From Clostridia bacterium (lineage in GTDB: Bacteria > Bacillota > Clostridia > Oscillospirales > CAG-272), in contig JAFTQX010000052.1 of the NCBI GenBank assembly GCA_017462545.1, positions 8,148-72,147 of the forward strand: a stretch of DNA of 64,000 nucleotides. The letters run 5' to 3'. Shown here in pieces: positions 16,388 to 26,382 of the stretch. The number at the start of each line of letters is the position of its first letter. The stretch's first letter is position 1. Under the pieces are notes generated by a model. It was not told the DNA's origin. It searched no databases and saw nothing but the letters and a program-made list of their open reading frames with translations. The translations under genes and the position numbers were made by a program.

Positions 16388-18228
16388 GTCTCTTTTTCCT
16401 CCTCATTTGGATGAAAATAGCGGTAAACGGTGGCCGCATCAGTTTTGGAGATGCCGCGCACGGCGGCAATGTCGTCCTCCCTCGCTCGCTTCAGCTTGGA
16501 AAGCCCCCCAAAGGCAGAGAGCAGCAGCTTGGCCCGCGCCGGGCCAATGCCGGGAATATCCTCCAATTTGGAGCGGCGCAGCGTTTTTCTCTTGGCACCC
16601 ATCGTTTGCCGTACGGCAACGCGGTGCACCTCTTCCTGTATTTTATAGATCATGGCAAACACGCCGCCCTCTAAGGCGATGCTGATCTCGTTTTCGCCGT
16701 CTGTCAGCGCGCGCGTTTTGTGAAACTCATCCTTGACCATGCCAAAGATCGGAATCTCCAGCCCAAGTGCGGCAAGCACCTCTCGCCCAACATGGACATG
16801 CCCCACGCCACCATCCAGCAGAATGAGATCGGGGGCGGTTCCGAGTGAGGGGCTGTTGTCACCTATGTGCGAAAGCCGACGGGTCAACGCCTCACGCATA
16901 GCACCGTAGTCGTCGATGCCGCTTGTCGATTGGATCGAAAAGGTGCGGTAATCGGCACGCTTCATGCCGCCATCGGCATAAACCACCATGGCCGCCTTGA
17001 TGTGCTCGGTGCCAAGGTTGGAGATGTCATAGGCCTCAATCCGCTCGGGCAGCACCTCTAAACCAAGAAGGTGACAAAGCGAGACCAGCGTTTTGTCCTC
17101 GCGTACCATGTCGGCGGCATAGCGTGCTGCTCTTTCCTTGGCGTTTGCCTCGGCCATGGCGCACAGACTGCGCTTGGCACCGCGCTGTGGCGTGTGCAGG
17201 ATCACACGGCGGCCCGCCCGCTCGGAAAACACGCGCGAGAGCGTGTCATATTCCTCCTCCTCAAGCGAAAAGGCAAGCAGCACCTCACGGGGCAGCTTGG
17301 TGCCGTCACGGTAAAAGTCATATAAAAAGGCCGAAAGAGATTCCTCATCCGGGATCTCGGCTGCTGAAAAGACAAATTCGTTTTTGCCGCACAGCTTGCC
17401 CTCACGCACCATCAGCATGGCCAGCACGCCGCAGGTGTCATCCGCATAAACGGCAAATACATCCTGCTCGACCTGCGCGTCGGCCACCACCTTTTGCTTT
17501 TCCTGCAGGTGGTTGAGGGCAGCAATGCTGTCGCGGCAGCGGGCCGCATCCTCAAATCGCTCACCCTCGGCGTAGCGCAGCATTTCCTCCTCCAACAGGC
17601 GTACCGTATCGCGTACACCGCCGCTCAGTACCGCGCAGGCGGCGCTGATGGTCTTGCTGTATTCTTCTTCGCTTACCTCCCCCGTGCAGGGAGCAACACA
17701 CCGCCCAAGCTGGCGGTAAAGACAGGGGCGTTCTTTACCGATATCACGGGGAAAAACGCGGCGGCAGGTAGGCAGACGAAAAATGCGGTTGACTGCATCT
17801 GCCGCCGCGTAGGCGGCTGCGGTGCCCGAATAGGGGCCAAAATAGCGGCCGTGGCCCGCATCACGATCGCGCGTGACGATCAGGCGCGGATAGGCAGAAT
17901 CGGTCATTTTGATGTAGGGATAGGACTTGGCATCCTTGAGCTTGATGTTGTAGTGCGGCGTGTGCTGCTTAATCAGCACGTTTTCCAGCGAAAGCGCCTC
18001 CATTTCGCTATCACACAGGATGGTGTCAAAATCCGCCACCCCGGCCACCATGCGTTCGGTTTTGCGATTGTGCTCGCCGACAAAATAACTGGAGACACGG
18101 TTTTTCAGCTTGCGGGATTTGCCCACGTAGATGATCCTGCCGGCTTTGTCCTTCATCAGGTAAACGCCCGGCTGCTGCGGTAATGCCGCAGCCTTTTCCC
18201 GTAGGCGCGGCAGATGGGGGTTGCTCAT
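16384..18228 (-). CDS. uvrC: excinuclease ABC subunit C
   Basis: GIY-YIG N-terminus (PGVYLMKDKAGRIIYVGKSRKLKNRVSSYF), a UVR domain, the endonuclease V-like domain and a C-terminal (HhH)2 region. Confidence 0.95.
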   Translation of the reverse strand: MSNPHLPRLREKAAALPQQPGVYLMKDKAGRIIYVGKSRKLKNRVSSYFVGEHNRKTERMVAGVADFDTILCDSEMEALSLENVLIKQHTPHYNIKLKDAKSYPYIKMTDSAYPRLIVTRDRDAGHGRYFGPYSGTAAAYAAADAVNRIFRLPTCRRVFPRDIGKERPCLYRQLGRCVAPCTGEVSEEEYSKTISAACAVLSGGVRDTVRLLEEEMLRYAEGERFEDAARCRDSIAALNHLQEKQKVVADAQVEQDVFAVYADDTCGVLAMLMVREGKLCGKNEFVFSAAEIPDEESLSAFLYDFYRDGTKLPREVLLAFSLEEEEYDTLSRVFSERAGRRVILHTPQRGAKRSLCAMAEANAKERAARYAADMVREDKTLVSLCHLLGLEVLPERIEAYDISNLGTEHIKAAMVVYADGGMKRADYRTFSIQSTSGIDDYGAMREALTRRLSHIGDNSPSLGTAPDLILLDGGVGHVHVGREVLAALGLEIPIFGMVKDEFHKTRALTDGENEISIALEGGVFAMIYKIQEEVHRVAVRQTMGAKRKTLRRSKLEDIPGIGPARAKLLLSAFGGLSKLKRAREDDIAAVRGISKTDAATVYRYFHPNEEEKET

Positions 18229-18254
18229 ACCCGTTCTCCTTTCTTAGGCTTTCT

Positions 18255-18300
18255 AAAAAACAGCGGGCACCTGCGGCAAAAGAGCCGGCAGAATGCCCGC
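18255..18300 (-). terminator. terminator after ptsH
   Basis: On the minus strand, GCGGGCA...TGCCCGC is followed by TGTTTTTT. Confidence 0.6.
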
Positions 18301-18321
18301 GTGTGCAACGGCCGGTGCCGT

Positions 18322-18585
18322 TTATTCCTGAAAACCGGAAGCGACAAGTGCAGAAAGCCCGTCAAGAGCGGCCTGCTCATCGGTACCGTCGGCAATCAGC
18401 GTAACGCTCATGCCCTGTACGATGCCGAGGGAAAGAACACCGAGAAGGCTCTTGGCGTTGACTCTGCGATCATCCTTTTCTACCCAGATCGAGCATTTGT
18501 AGGAGTTTGCCTTCTGGATAAAGAAGGTAGCAGGTCTTGCATGCAGCCCCACGTTGTTGTTGATGGTGACATCACACGTAATCAT
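18322..18585 (-). CDS. ptsH: phosphocarrier protein HPr
   Basis: 87 aa with VGLHARPA (the catalytic His15) and NAKSLLGVLSLG (the regulatory Ser46). Confidence 0.95.
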   Translation of the reverse strand: MITCDVTINNNVGLHARPATFFIQKANSYKCSIWVEKDDRRVNAKSLLGVLSLGIVQGMSVTLIADGTDEQAALDGLSALVASGFQE

Positions 18586-18647
18586 GTCTCATACCTCTAT
18601 TCGGAAAATAAAAACAACTCGGGGCCATAATCCCCGTCTTTTATATC

Positions 18648-18676
18648 AGTATAGCAAATTTGGGCAACAAAATCAA
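18648..18676 (-). promoter_or_regulatory. candidate promoter for ptsH (TTGATT-17-TATACT)
   Basis: On the minus strand, TTGATT lies at 18676-18671 and TATACT at 18653-18648. Confidence 0.45.
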
Positions 18677-18700
18677 GTCTTTTTTCAAAAAAATTTGTTT

Positions 18701-19192
18701 TTACCCCGCTTGCACGCCAACGCGTACGACATCGGCGGTGTAGGAGACGTTTGCTTGCGTGAGAAGAAGCGTCTCTCCGGTTGATAGACGGCGTGTAGAG
18801 CCAAGCAGGAAGGTGCCGTCCTTGGAAAGTATTCCCTCTGCGCGGAAGGAGATGGTCGCCTTGTAGGCAGAAAGAGACTCGGTTTCTAGCAGGCTGCCGT
18901 CATCCTGTCGTACCAGCTCGGTCATGCGTTGGCAGGAGATGGTATAGTGTGTGGCAAGAAGGGTGCCGTCCTGCAGGAAAAAAGGTGCCCTTTGCGTGGA
19001 AAGAAAGTTGGCGGTCTCTTCGTCCAGATCGCGGATAACGATTTCAATATCCGCAAAATACGTCTCCTCCTTTTGCGCAACGGCCGCGCCGATCCCCCGC
19101 ACCAAAGTTGCAAGCAGAAGCAGTCCAAGCACCGCAATCAGCAGCCAGTCCACGATATTCATTTTTACATAGCGGTTTTTCTTCTGTTGCAT
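18701..19192 (-). CDS. DUF4330-like membrane-anchored protein
   Basis: MQQKKNRYVKMNIVDWLLIAVLGLLLLATLV (an N-terminal TM anchor) followed by a ~130-aa beta-rich domain. The start at 19192 is preferred, although the ORF is open to 19303. The family call is from memory. Confidence 0.5.
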   Translation of the reverse strand: MQQKKNRYVKMNIVDWLLIAVLGLLLLATLVRGIGAAVAQKEETYFADIEIVIRDLDEETANFLSTQRAPFFLQDGTLLATHYTISCQRMTELVRQDDGSLLETESLSAYKATISFRAEGILSKDGTFLLGSTRRLSTGETLLLTQANVSYTADVVRVGVQAG

Positions 19193-19202
19193 GGCGTCTC
19201 CT

Positions 19203-19691
19203 TTATGATGCTTCGACCTGTAGCGAAGTGCACACACCGGTGCCGACAAAATTCGGCAGGCGCAGCGAAATGCGCTCTCCGCGGTAGAGGGTAAAGCCGC
19301 CAAGCGAATAGCCGCCTGAAACGCTCACTCCCTCTGCGCGGATGGTCATGGTTACGGTCTGATAGCCGGGGTAGGCGACCGGCTTCATACAACCGGCGCG
19401 TTTGCTGTAGCTTTGTGTGACGGCGGGCCTGATCTCACAAGAGACCAGCTCACCAATCGGCCGCTTGCTCACCGCGTCCAGCACGGGAGCCTGCAGGCTG
19501 ATGCCGTGCACATATTCGTCTCGCACGGCAGAAAGGGTAACGGTGTACAAAAGCGGGGTGTTGTTTTGCCTCCCAAGCCTCGGCCTTGCCGCGAAAAAAA
19601 AGCAGACGAGCAGCGCAAGGGGAAGTAAAACACAAACAATGTCAATGCAGAAAACAGCAAGGCGATCGGTACGCGAAAGCGTTTTTTTCAT
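19203..19691 (-). CDS. DUF4330-like membrane-anchored protein (paralogue of the downstream gene)
   Basis: An N-terminal TM segment (LAVFCIDIVCVLLPLALLVCFFF) plus a beta-rich domain, with the same size and architecture as 18701-19192. Confidence 0.45.
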   Translation of the reverse strand: MKKTLSRTDRLAVFCIDIVCVLLPLALLVCFFFAARPRLGRQNNTPLLYTVTLSAVRDEYVHGISLQAPVLDAVSKRPIGELVSCEIRPAVTQSYSKRAGCMKPVAYPGYQTVTMTIRAEGVSVSGGYSLGGFTLYRGERISLRLPNFVGTGVCTSLQVEAS

Positions 19692-19720
19692 AATCCTCCG
19701 ATCGGTGAAACAGGAAAAGA

Positions 19721-21670
19721 TCAGTCCTCGCCAAGCTCAATTTCGATGGTATATGCCTCTGCCTCGGTATCGCGCAGCGGCTGGCTTCTCTGCCGCTCAA
19801 TGCGACCCACGCGGGAAAGCGCAGCCGCAATACCGGCAACGGCAAAGAACAGGAAAAAGATGCGTGCGTTATAGAAAACGTGGTCGGTCAGACCAAAGAT
19901 CAGCACGGCCAGCACACCGCCGCTTGCCGCCAGACTGTACAGGCGCAGGGGGGCGTTGGTCTCCTCGTGCTGGTGAGAGATGGTGCATTGAAAGAAGATC
20001 ACCACAAACAATAGCAGCAGCAGCGGGCCGATGATGCCAAATTCGCACAAATATTGCAGGAGAAGGTTGTGCGCGTGCGGTGCTGCCTCAATACCCGAAA
20101 GGGCGTAATACGGATAGGCCGCATGAAAGGCCTCTTCTCCCACACCAATGCCGCCAAAAAGATGGTCGCCCGCCATGGCAAGTGCCCCCCTCCATGTACT
20201 GATCCGGTAGGAGATGGAGGAGTCGCCCATCAGCGAAAAGATCGAGCCAAGACGCTGTGTGACAGACGAGCCGAAATGATGCAGGGCGAACAGGCCGCCC
20301 GCAGCAGCGGGAATCCAGATATACAGCGTGGCGGGGTTGTAAGAGAATAGAAAAATGGCAAGAGAGAGAAAGACACCGATCCATGCGCCGCGTGACCAGG
20401 TAAGAATGATAGCGGCCATGAACAGGGCAAATAGAAAGAAGGAGCCGGCACGTTCGCCAAAGCTGCCCTTTTTTAGAATGCCTGCCGTTACAAATGGGAA
20501 AAGCAGGATCAGATAGGTGGCAAGTATATTGGGATTGCCAAAGGCGGCCGTGATGCGTCCGTTGATATAATCATAGGCGGCGTTATCCAGCCAGGCGGCA
20601 ACCGCCTGCCCTGCAAATTGCTGATAAATGCCAAGCAGAGCCGTGGCCGCTCCGCCGATGATGAGGGCGGTGATGGCGCGGCTGATGGCGGCGGGGGTGT
20701 TCAGTAGATTGGCGGCCAAAAAATAGCCAAGCAGCAGCGAAGCATACAGCACCGCCTGCCTTGCCGAAACGGCACCACCACGGGAGCAGATTGCGGAAAA
20801 GATATACAAAAGACCAAGCAAGAGCACGGTCAGGTCTAGTGGCTTGAAGGAAAAGGTGCGTTTGCCAAGCAGGATCTTGAACAGATAACTGACAGAGCCG
20901 GTCACCACCACAACCGTCAGCAGCATGGTGGGGTGCTCAAAAAGGAAGAACAGCGGACAAAGTGCCAGCGCGGTATACAGGCACAGCTCAGGCGAAAAAA
21001 GCAATAAAAGGAAGGAGGCTGTGCCAAATACGCCGCCAAGCAGATACAGCGGGTGCACAAAAAAGCTGGCAATACCAAGCATAGAGCCAAACAAAAAGGC
21101 AACGGTGGGATTGATGGTCAGCCGATCCTTTTTGACATAGGGGTACTGCGGCAGACCGATCAGCCGATAGAAAAAGGCACCAAGCAGTCGGCTTTCCTGT
21201 AGGGTAACGAAGATCGGACGGGAAGAAAAGAGAAATGGGATGCTGCAAATGGTCATCAAAATGCCGGTAATGAGCATGCTGTGCTCACCGCCACGCGCCC
21301 ATTGTGCGAAGTAGCGGATCACATATACCAAAATAGTGTACAGACCAAAGGTGCCAAACAGCAGGCCGTAGGCGCGTGTTTCGGTATAGCGCAGAATCTC
21401 GGCAATGCGCGTGAAGAAGGCGGCAAGCGGGGAATGGGTAAACAGCTCGCCCAGCTTGCTGCGCAGCGGCGTGCCCATGCGATGCAGACGGCTCTCCTTC
21501 AAATAGTTGGCAACCCGGCTATCCTCTGCCATCTCACAGCTTTTGTCATAGGCGTGAAAGAAACGACCGAGGAAGGAGGCAGAAAGCCACCCAGCCACCC
21601 GTGCGGGAAAGGCAAGAAAGGACGCAAAGAAGGATTGTCGTTTTTTCTCGGTGCGATTTTGGGCGTCCAT
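19721..21670 (-). CDS. O-antigen ligase (Wzy_C) family polytopic membrane protein
   Basis: 649 aa with more than 10 predicted TM helices and the typical loop segment ILTWSRGAWIGVFLSLAIF of O-antigen-ligase-like proteins. Confidence 0.7.
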   Translation of the reverse strand: MDAQNRTEKKRQSFFASFLAFPARVAGWLSASFLGRFFHAYDKSCEMAEDSRVANYLKESRLHRMGTPLRSKLGELFTHSPLAAFFTRIAEILRYTETRAYGLLFGTFGLYTILVYVIRYFAQWARGGEHSMLITGILMTICSIPFLFSSRPIFVTLQESRLLGAFFYRLIGLPQYPYVKKDRLTINPTVAFLFGSMLGIASFFVHPLYLLGGVFGTASFLLLLFSPELCLYTALALCPLFFLFEHPTMLLTVVVVTGSVSYLFKILLGKRTFSFKPLDLTVLLLGLLYIFSAICSRGGAVSARQAVLYASLLLGYFLAANLLNTPAAISRAITALIIGGAATALLGIYQQFAGQAVAAWLDNAAYDYINGRITAAFGNPNILATYLILLFPFVTAGILKKGSFGERAGSFFLFALFMAAIILTWSRGAWIGVFLSLAIFLFSYNPATLYIWIPAAAGGLFALHHFGSSVTQRLGSIFSLMGDSSISYRISTWRGALAMAGDHLFGGIGVGEEAFHAAYPYYALSGIEAAPHAHNLLLQYLCEFGIIGPLLLLLFVVIFFQCTISHQHEETNAPLRLYSLAASGGVLAVLIFGLTDHVFYNARIFFLFFAVAGIAAALSRVGRIERQRSQPLRDTEAEAYTIEIELGED

Positions 21671-21681
21671 GGTTTCCTCCT

Positions 21682-22395
21682 TTATTTTGCGTTCTTTTCT
21701 GCCGCCTCATACGCGGCATACAGGTCGGGTCTGCGTTCTTTTGTCAGCGCAAGAGATTGCTCCTTGCGCCATTTGTCAATATTCTCATGATGCCCCGATA
21801 GCAGGATCGGCGGCACTTCACGCTCACGGAATACCGGGGGGCGTGTGTATTGCGGGTATTCCAGCAGGCCGTTTGCAATGCTCTCGCCCTCGTAGCATTC
21901 GGGGCTTGCCAGTACGCCGTCCAGCATGCGGCTGACCGCGTCTACGAGAATGCAGGCAGGCAGCTCGCCGCCGGTCAATACGTAGTCACCGATCGAGATC
22001 TCCTCGTCTACGATCTCCTCGATGATACGCTCATCTACCCCTTCGTAGTGCCCGCAAAGCAGGATCAGCTCGTCATAGGCACACAGCTCACGCGCCACAT
22101 CCTGAGTAAATATCCGCCCACGCGGGGAAAGATAGATGACGCGACGCTTGGCCTGCGCATCCCGCCCCTCTACAATAGAGCGGTAGCAGCCGTAGATCGG
22201 CGGTGCCGCCATCACCATACCAACACCGCCGCCGTAGGGGGTGTCGTCTACGTTGTGATGCTTGTTTTCCGAAAAATCGCGGATCTGGTGGCAATGCACC
22301 TCAATATGCCCCGCCTTTTGCGCGCGGCCGATGATGCTTTCGGAAAGAACGGTGTTCACCATGTCGGGGAACAGGGTCATAATGTCAAAGCGCAT
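21682..22395 (-). CDS. trmD: tRNA (guanine37-N1)-methyltransferase
   Basis: [12 protein letters not shown]...[32 protein letters not shown] and [24 protein letters not shown] lies 6 nt upstream of ATG 22395. Confidence 0.95.
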   Translation of the reverse strand: MRFDIMTLFPDMVNTVLSESIIGRAQKAGHIEVHCHQIRDFSENKHHNVDDTPYGGGVGMVMAAPPIYGCYRSIVEGRDAQAKRRVIYLSPRGRIFTQDVARELCAYDELILLCGHYEGVDERIIEEIVDEEISIGDYVLTGGELPACILVDAVSRMLDGVLASPECYEGESIANGLLEYPQYTRPPVFREREVPPILLSGHHENIDKWRKEQSLALTKERRPDLYAAYEAAEKNAK

Positions 22396-22927
22396 GATCA
22401 TCCTCCCGTTCTTCCTCGTCAAAAAAACCGGGGATAGGGCGAATGTAAATGCCGGCCTCGATGTCGATGCGGTCTAAAAATGCGGGCACGGCGGGCAACA
22501 GAACGGTTTTGCCGCTCGGGGTGCGAATCTCATACAGATCAGATGCGGGAGAGGGCTGCACGTCGGTCAGATGACCGTACAGACGGCCGCTTTCCGCATC
22601 CAGCACGGGCAGATCCAACATATCCGCGATCAGCGCGCCGCCCTCCGGCACAGGGATATCCTCACGCTTGGCATACAGCATACGGCCGCGCAGCGCAAGG
22701 GCCGCGTCACGGTCAGAATACCCCTCTAATGTCAAAAGCGCCATATCGCCCGAGGGGGAGGCGGCCAGCACGCGACAGGGCGTGTAAGCACCGCTCTTTT
22801 CGCGCAGATAAACGGTGGTAAGTCCTGCCAGCACCGCTGCGCTGTCACACAGAGACTGCACGCGGAGTGCACCGCGGATACCGTGCGCGGTAGTAATTTT
22901 GCCACATTCGAGGTATTCTTTTTTCAT
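22385..22927 (-). CDS. rimM: ribosome maturation factor RimM
   Basis: [19 protein letters not shown]-terminus plus a C-terminal PRC barrel. It lies immediately upstream of trmD and overlaps it. Confidence 0.9.
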   Translation of the reverse strand: MKKEYLECGKITTAHGIRGALRVQSLCDSAAVLAGLTTVYLREKSGAYTPCRVLAASPSGDMALLTLEGYSDRDAALALRGRMLYAKREDIPVPEGGALIADMLDLPVLDAESGRLYGHLTDVQPSPASDLYEIRTPSGKTVLLPAVPAFLDRIDIEAGIYIRPIPGFFDEEEREDDHAL

Positions 22928-22994
22928 CCGGTCAGCCCCTTTTTGTCATTTTCTACTATTATATCACAACATTTTCCAAAATGCAACCATTCTG

Positions 22995-24170
22995 CTATGG
23001 AAAGGGGAAAAACCGCTCGCGCACGCGGGGGGGCGGCATCAGCAGCTCGCCGTGCTCACGCGGCGCGTCGTACAGCGCAAGATAGAGCCGATCATAGGCG
23101 TGTGCCATGCTCTCGGCACGCAGATCGCGGCGGTAACGCTCTTGTGCGCCGAGCGCAAGGCGATCGTAGAGCAGCTTGTCGCGGCAGAGACGCGCAAGGC
23201 AGGCGGCCAGGGCGCGGTCATCTCCCGCATCAAACAGCAGGCCGTTCTCCCCCTCGCGTACCAGCTCGGGGTTGCCGCCAAAGCGGCTGGCCACGCAGGG
23301 AATACCCAGGCTCATCGCCTCTGAGAGGGCAAGGCAGGAGGTCTCTGTTCCCATCGAGCAATTGACCGCCACATCAAACAGGTTCAAGTAGGGGGTAGGA
23401 TCCTCCACATATCCGGTAAAGGTCACCTGATGCTCAATCCCCATGTCGGCCACAGTACGGCGCAATCTCTCCTCCTCCGTACCGCTCCCAACAATCAAAA
23501 AGTGGTACCCCGTGTGTTGTGAAAGGAGGATGTTTGCCGCGCGCAGCAAGGTGCTGTGATCCTTCACGGGGGCAAGACGAGCACAGATGCCGATCACAAA
23601 ATCCCCTTCGTCGATGCCTAGGCTTCGCCGCAGGTCCTCCCGCAGCCGCTCCGGCAAGCGGGGGATCTCTCTTGCCCCGTTGCGGATCAAGAGAATCTTT
23701 TCCTGCGGGATGCCCAGCGCGATCAAATTGTTGGCTGCCGCTTGTGCCGTGGCAATGGTACCGGTGGCAAGATGCTTGTCCAGCTTGCGGTGTAACCATC
23801 TGGCAAAGGGATTGCCGCGGCGGCCAACCGGGTAGGCGCAATGCCGTGTGGCCAGCCGTACGGGCACGCCGCACAGCCAGCCCGCCAGCCGACCGGATAG
23901 AGAGGCGTGTGTGTGTAAAATATGGGGCTTTTCTTGACGGATGATGGCAACCAAACGAAAAAAATCACCGAGAGAGAGTGAGCGGTCATGCCCGCGCAGG
24001 GCCGTCTTTACGCGTATGCCCCGCGCACGCAGTCGTGGGGCAAGGGCTGCCCCGCGCGGCAGAACAACGGTAAAGCAGGAGCGCGGCAGAGAAGAGTAAA
24101 TCAGCGCGTTTTCCAAAAGAATGCCCGCGCCGCCGATATTGCTGTCGGTTAAAATATGCAGTATTTTCAT
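22995..24170 (-). CDS. GT4-family (Glycos_transf_1) glycosyltransferase
   Basis: MKILHILTDSNIGGAG N-terminus and a C-terminal E-x7-E region (LALSEAMSLGIPCVASRFGGNPELVREGENGLLF). The start at 24170 follows a GGAGGG RBS; the upstream 46 codons are discounted. Confidence 0.85.
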   Translation of the reverse strand: MKILHILTDSNIGGAGILLENALIYSSLPRSCFTVVLPRGAALAPRLRARGIRVKTALRGHDRSLSLGDFFRLVAIIRQEKPHILHTHASLSGRLAGWLCGVPVRLATRHCAYPVGRRGNPFARWLHRKLDKHLATGTIATAQAAANNLIALGIPQEKILLIRNGAREIPRLPERLREDLRRSLGIDEGDFVIGICARLAPVKDHSTLLRAANILLSQHTGYHFLIVGSGTEEERLRRTVADMGIEHQVTFTGYVEDPTPYLNLFDVAVNCSMGTETSCLALSEAMSLGIPCVASRFGGNPELVREGENGLLFDAGDDRALAACLARLCRDKLLYDRLALGAQERYRRDLRAESMAHAYDRLYLALYDAPREHGELLMPPPRVRERFFPFP

Positions 24171-24325
24171 AAGACCCTCCTTCCAATACTTGTAGTATGT
24201 ACCGCGCGAGCCGTTATGTTGCATCCGTCGGAAAATACTTGACAGAATGCGGGAGGAATGGTATACTAAATGTAACTCTTGACAAACATAGTAGCTCGTT
24301 TTATCCATGAAAAGGAGTCAAGGAT

Positions 24326-24892
24326 ATGTTTTTTACATTTTTCATTTTTTTGCCGATCTCGCTTGTCGCATTTTTTGTAGATTTCATTCTTGCCGTTGTG
24401 ATCTCCACGGCAGTAGATGCCACGCTGTTTTTGCCGCTGGCACTGGTGTGGGCGGTATTTGGCACCGGAACGATCACGCTGCTGCTTGGTGTGCTGCTTG
24501 TTGCACGGATGGATATCGAGTTTTCCGATGATATCCTCAAGCGTCTGCCGCTGCGCATTCTGTATTCCTATTTCTCAGGGGCGGCGCTTATCTACGGCGG
24601 TGTGCAGTTTGATAAGCTGTTTTCTCCCGGCTTTGCCGAAACGGAGCAGTTTATTCCATTCTTAATCGCGGCTTTTGTGGTCGGTACGGTTATCTACCTC
24701 CTGCATTGGCTGCTGACCCGTCAGATCTGCAAGGCGATCATCGTGCGCCGTGAACGTAAGAGAAACGCGTGGTTTGAGGCCTGGGCCAAACGCCCGCCCG
24801 TTGCCGGCTCGCGCGACGTGCATGTCACCACATATGAGGAAGAACACGATAAGGAGCTTGAGGAATTTAACAATATCGTGGAAAATCAATAA
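24326..24892 (+). CDS. hypothetical membrane protein (4 TM segments plus a charged C-terminal tail)
   Basis: Hydrophobic segments with a charged tail (RRERKRN...EEEHDKELEEF), followed by a strong terminator. Confidence 0.55.
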   Translation: MFFTFFIFLPISLVAFFVDFILAVVISTAVDATLFLPLALVWAVFGTGTITLLLGVLLVARMDIEFSDDILKRLPLRILYSYFSGAALIYGGVQFDKLFSPGFAETEQFIPFLIAAFVVGTVIYLLHWLLTRQICKAIIVRRERKRNAWFEAWAKRPPVAGSRDVHVTTYEEEHDKELEEFNNIVENQ

Positions 24893-24930
24893 AAAAAGAA
24901 GGAGTAGCTGTGGCTACTCCTTCTTTTTTC
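24891..24930. terminator. bidirectional terminator (membrane protein gene / tadA)
   Basis: AAAAAAAGAAGGAGTAGC-TGTG-GCTACTCCTTCTTTTTT. The tadA stop codon lies in the right arm. Confidence 0.8.
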
Positions 24931-25399
24931 TCTTCGCACGGAAGTAGGCGGAGAGAACATTTTTGCTCTCCTCACAACACACGCCCCCCGCAATTTGCGG
25001 CTTGTGGTTGAGGGGCAGGTCGTTTAAATCCACCACCGAGCCAAATGCCCCCGCCCGTAGGTCGGGCGCGGCGTACACCACGCGGTCAATGCGGGAATTG
25101 ACGATCGCCCCCGCACACATCGGGCATGGCTCCAGCGTTACATATAGGGTGCAGTCGGGCAAACGCCAGCCGCCTAAGCGTCGGCAGGCCGCCTCGATCA
25201 CCAAAATTTCGGCGTGATGGGTCGCGCATTTGCTCGTCTCCCGCGTGTTAAAGGCCTCGGCAATGATCTCGCCGCGGTGGACAATCAGCGCACCAACCGG
25301 CACCTCATCCTGTACGGCGGCTTCCTCAGCCAGCGCCAGCGCACGGCGCATATAGATCAGATCCTCCTCTTTGTGGAGGGGGCTTTGCATGTCATTCAT
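24914..25399 (-). CDS. tadA: tRNA adenosine(34) deaminase
   Basis: CMP/dCMP deaminase zinc motifs HAEILVIEAA and PCPMCAGAI; 161 aa. Confidence 0.9.
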   Translation of the reverse strand: MNDMQSPLHKEEDLIYMRRALALAEEAAVQDEVPVGALIVHRGEIIAEAFNTRETSKCATHHAEILVIEAACRRLGGWRLPDCTLYVTLEPCPMCAGAIVNSRIDRVVYAAPDLRAGAFGSVVDLNDLPLNHKPQIAGGVCCEESKNVLSAYFRAKRKKKE

Positions 25400-25411
25400 C
25401 GTCTTCTCCTA

Positions 25412-26230
25412 TCAGCAAGCAAAAAGCAGCATCAGCAATATATATACGATCAGGGGTGAGAAAAGCAGCTCCTTCAGCCACCCGCGCGCGCTTGGCGGTC
25501 TTGTTCCCTTGTGGCGGCGCAAAAGCACCAATGCCCCCCATGCCGCCAGTAAAAACAGGATAAGGGATATGCCAAGGTTGAGGAAAAGCCCTGCCGTTTC
25601 TCCCAAAAGACGCGGGATGATCTGCATCAGCAGCGAGAGCAGGTTGTTGAGCAGATGAAACAGCATGGCGTACAGCACAGATCCGCCCCAAAGCGCAGCT
25701 ATTGCCAAGAAAATGCCGCCTACAAACGCATAAGGCAGCTGATAAAAGGAGGCGTGCAACAGGGCAAACAGCAGGGCAGATTGCGGGATCGCCCGCACAG
25801 GGGAACGGCGGGCGAGCAGGGAAAGCACGCACAGCCGCATTAGCGATTCCTCCAGTATGGCGGGAACCACCGCCCTTGACAGCACAAGGGCGAGGGGGGA
25901 ACCTTCTCCCGCCGCACCGCCAACAATCGAGAGTCCAAGCAGCTCCATCAGAAAGCCTGTCAGGGTAGAGAGCAGTAAAACCGATGCAAGAAAAATTGGC
26001 AAAAGGGGAAGAATGCGAAAAAAACCGGTCGCCGTTGGGCAAATAGCAAGCTCCTTTCGCTGTGCAAAAAGAAAGAGAAACAGCGCAAGCGGCAGCAGGT
26101 ATGAGGCGTAAAACAGCAACTCGCCCGTTATGCCGTCTATGTAGGCGGAGACAAGCGAAAGGGCCAGCTCGGTCAGCAAAAGGAGCAGCACGACAATATC
26201 AGCACGCATGGCTCTTGCTTTTTTTATCAT
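25412..26230 (-). CDS. CPBP-family intramembrane glutamic endopeptidase (CAAX protease-like)
   Basis: EExxxR motif (PAILEESLMRL), FxxxH (LLFALLH) and HxxxN (FHLLNNLL) in a polytopic membrane protein. Confidence 0.8.
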   Translation of the reverse strand: MIKKARAMRADIVVLLLLLTELALSLVSAYIDGITGELLFYASYLLPLALFLFLFAQRKELAICPTATGFFRILPLLPIFLASVLLLSTLTGFLMELLGLSIVGGAAGEGSPLALVLSRAVVPAILEESLMRLCVLSLLARRSPVRAIPQSALLFALLHASFYQLPYAFVGGIFLAIAALWGGSVLYAMLFHLLNNLLSLLMQIIPRLLGETAGLFLNLGISLILFLLAAWGALVLLRRHKGTRPPSARGWLKELLFSPLIVYILLMLLFAC

Positions 26231-26382
26231 GGTCGTCTCTCCCTTCGTTTTTTTATATTGTAAACGAAAAGCGGCGTTTCGTCAAGTAAAAATTGATTTG
26301 TCCAATCCAAAAATCGGTTTGTACATAGTCACCGCCGCCCCCGTGTGTTATGATGGTACTAACAAAACAGGAGGAACGTCAC

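Noticed and set aside
25412-26230. The CPBP protease as the dedicated processing enzyme for the GGGC-TM-RRR tail at 46567-46674.
   Set aside because: The two genes are 17 kb apart with unrelated operons between them, and CPBP genes are common. The link is kept only as a remote hypothesis in the corresponding finding and is not annotated.
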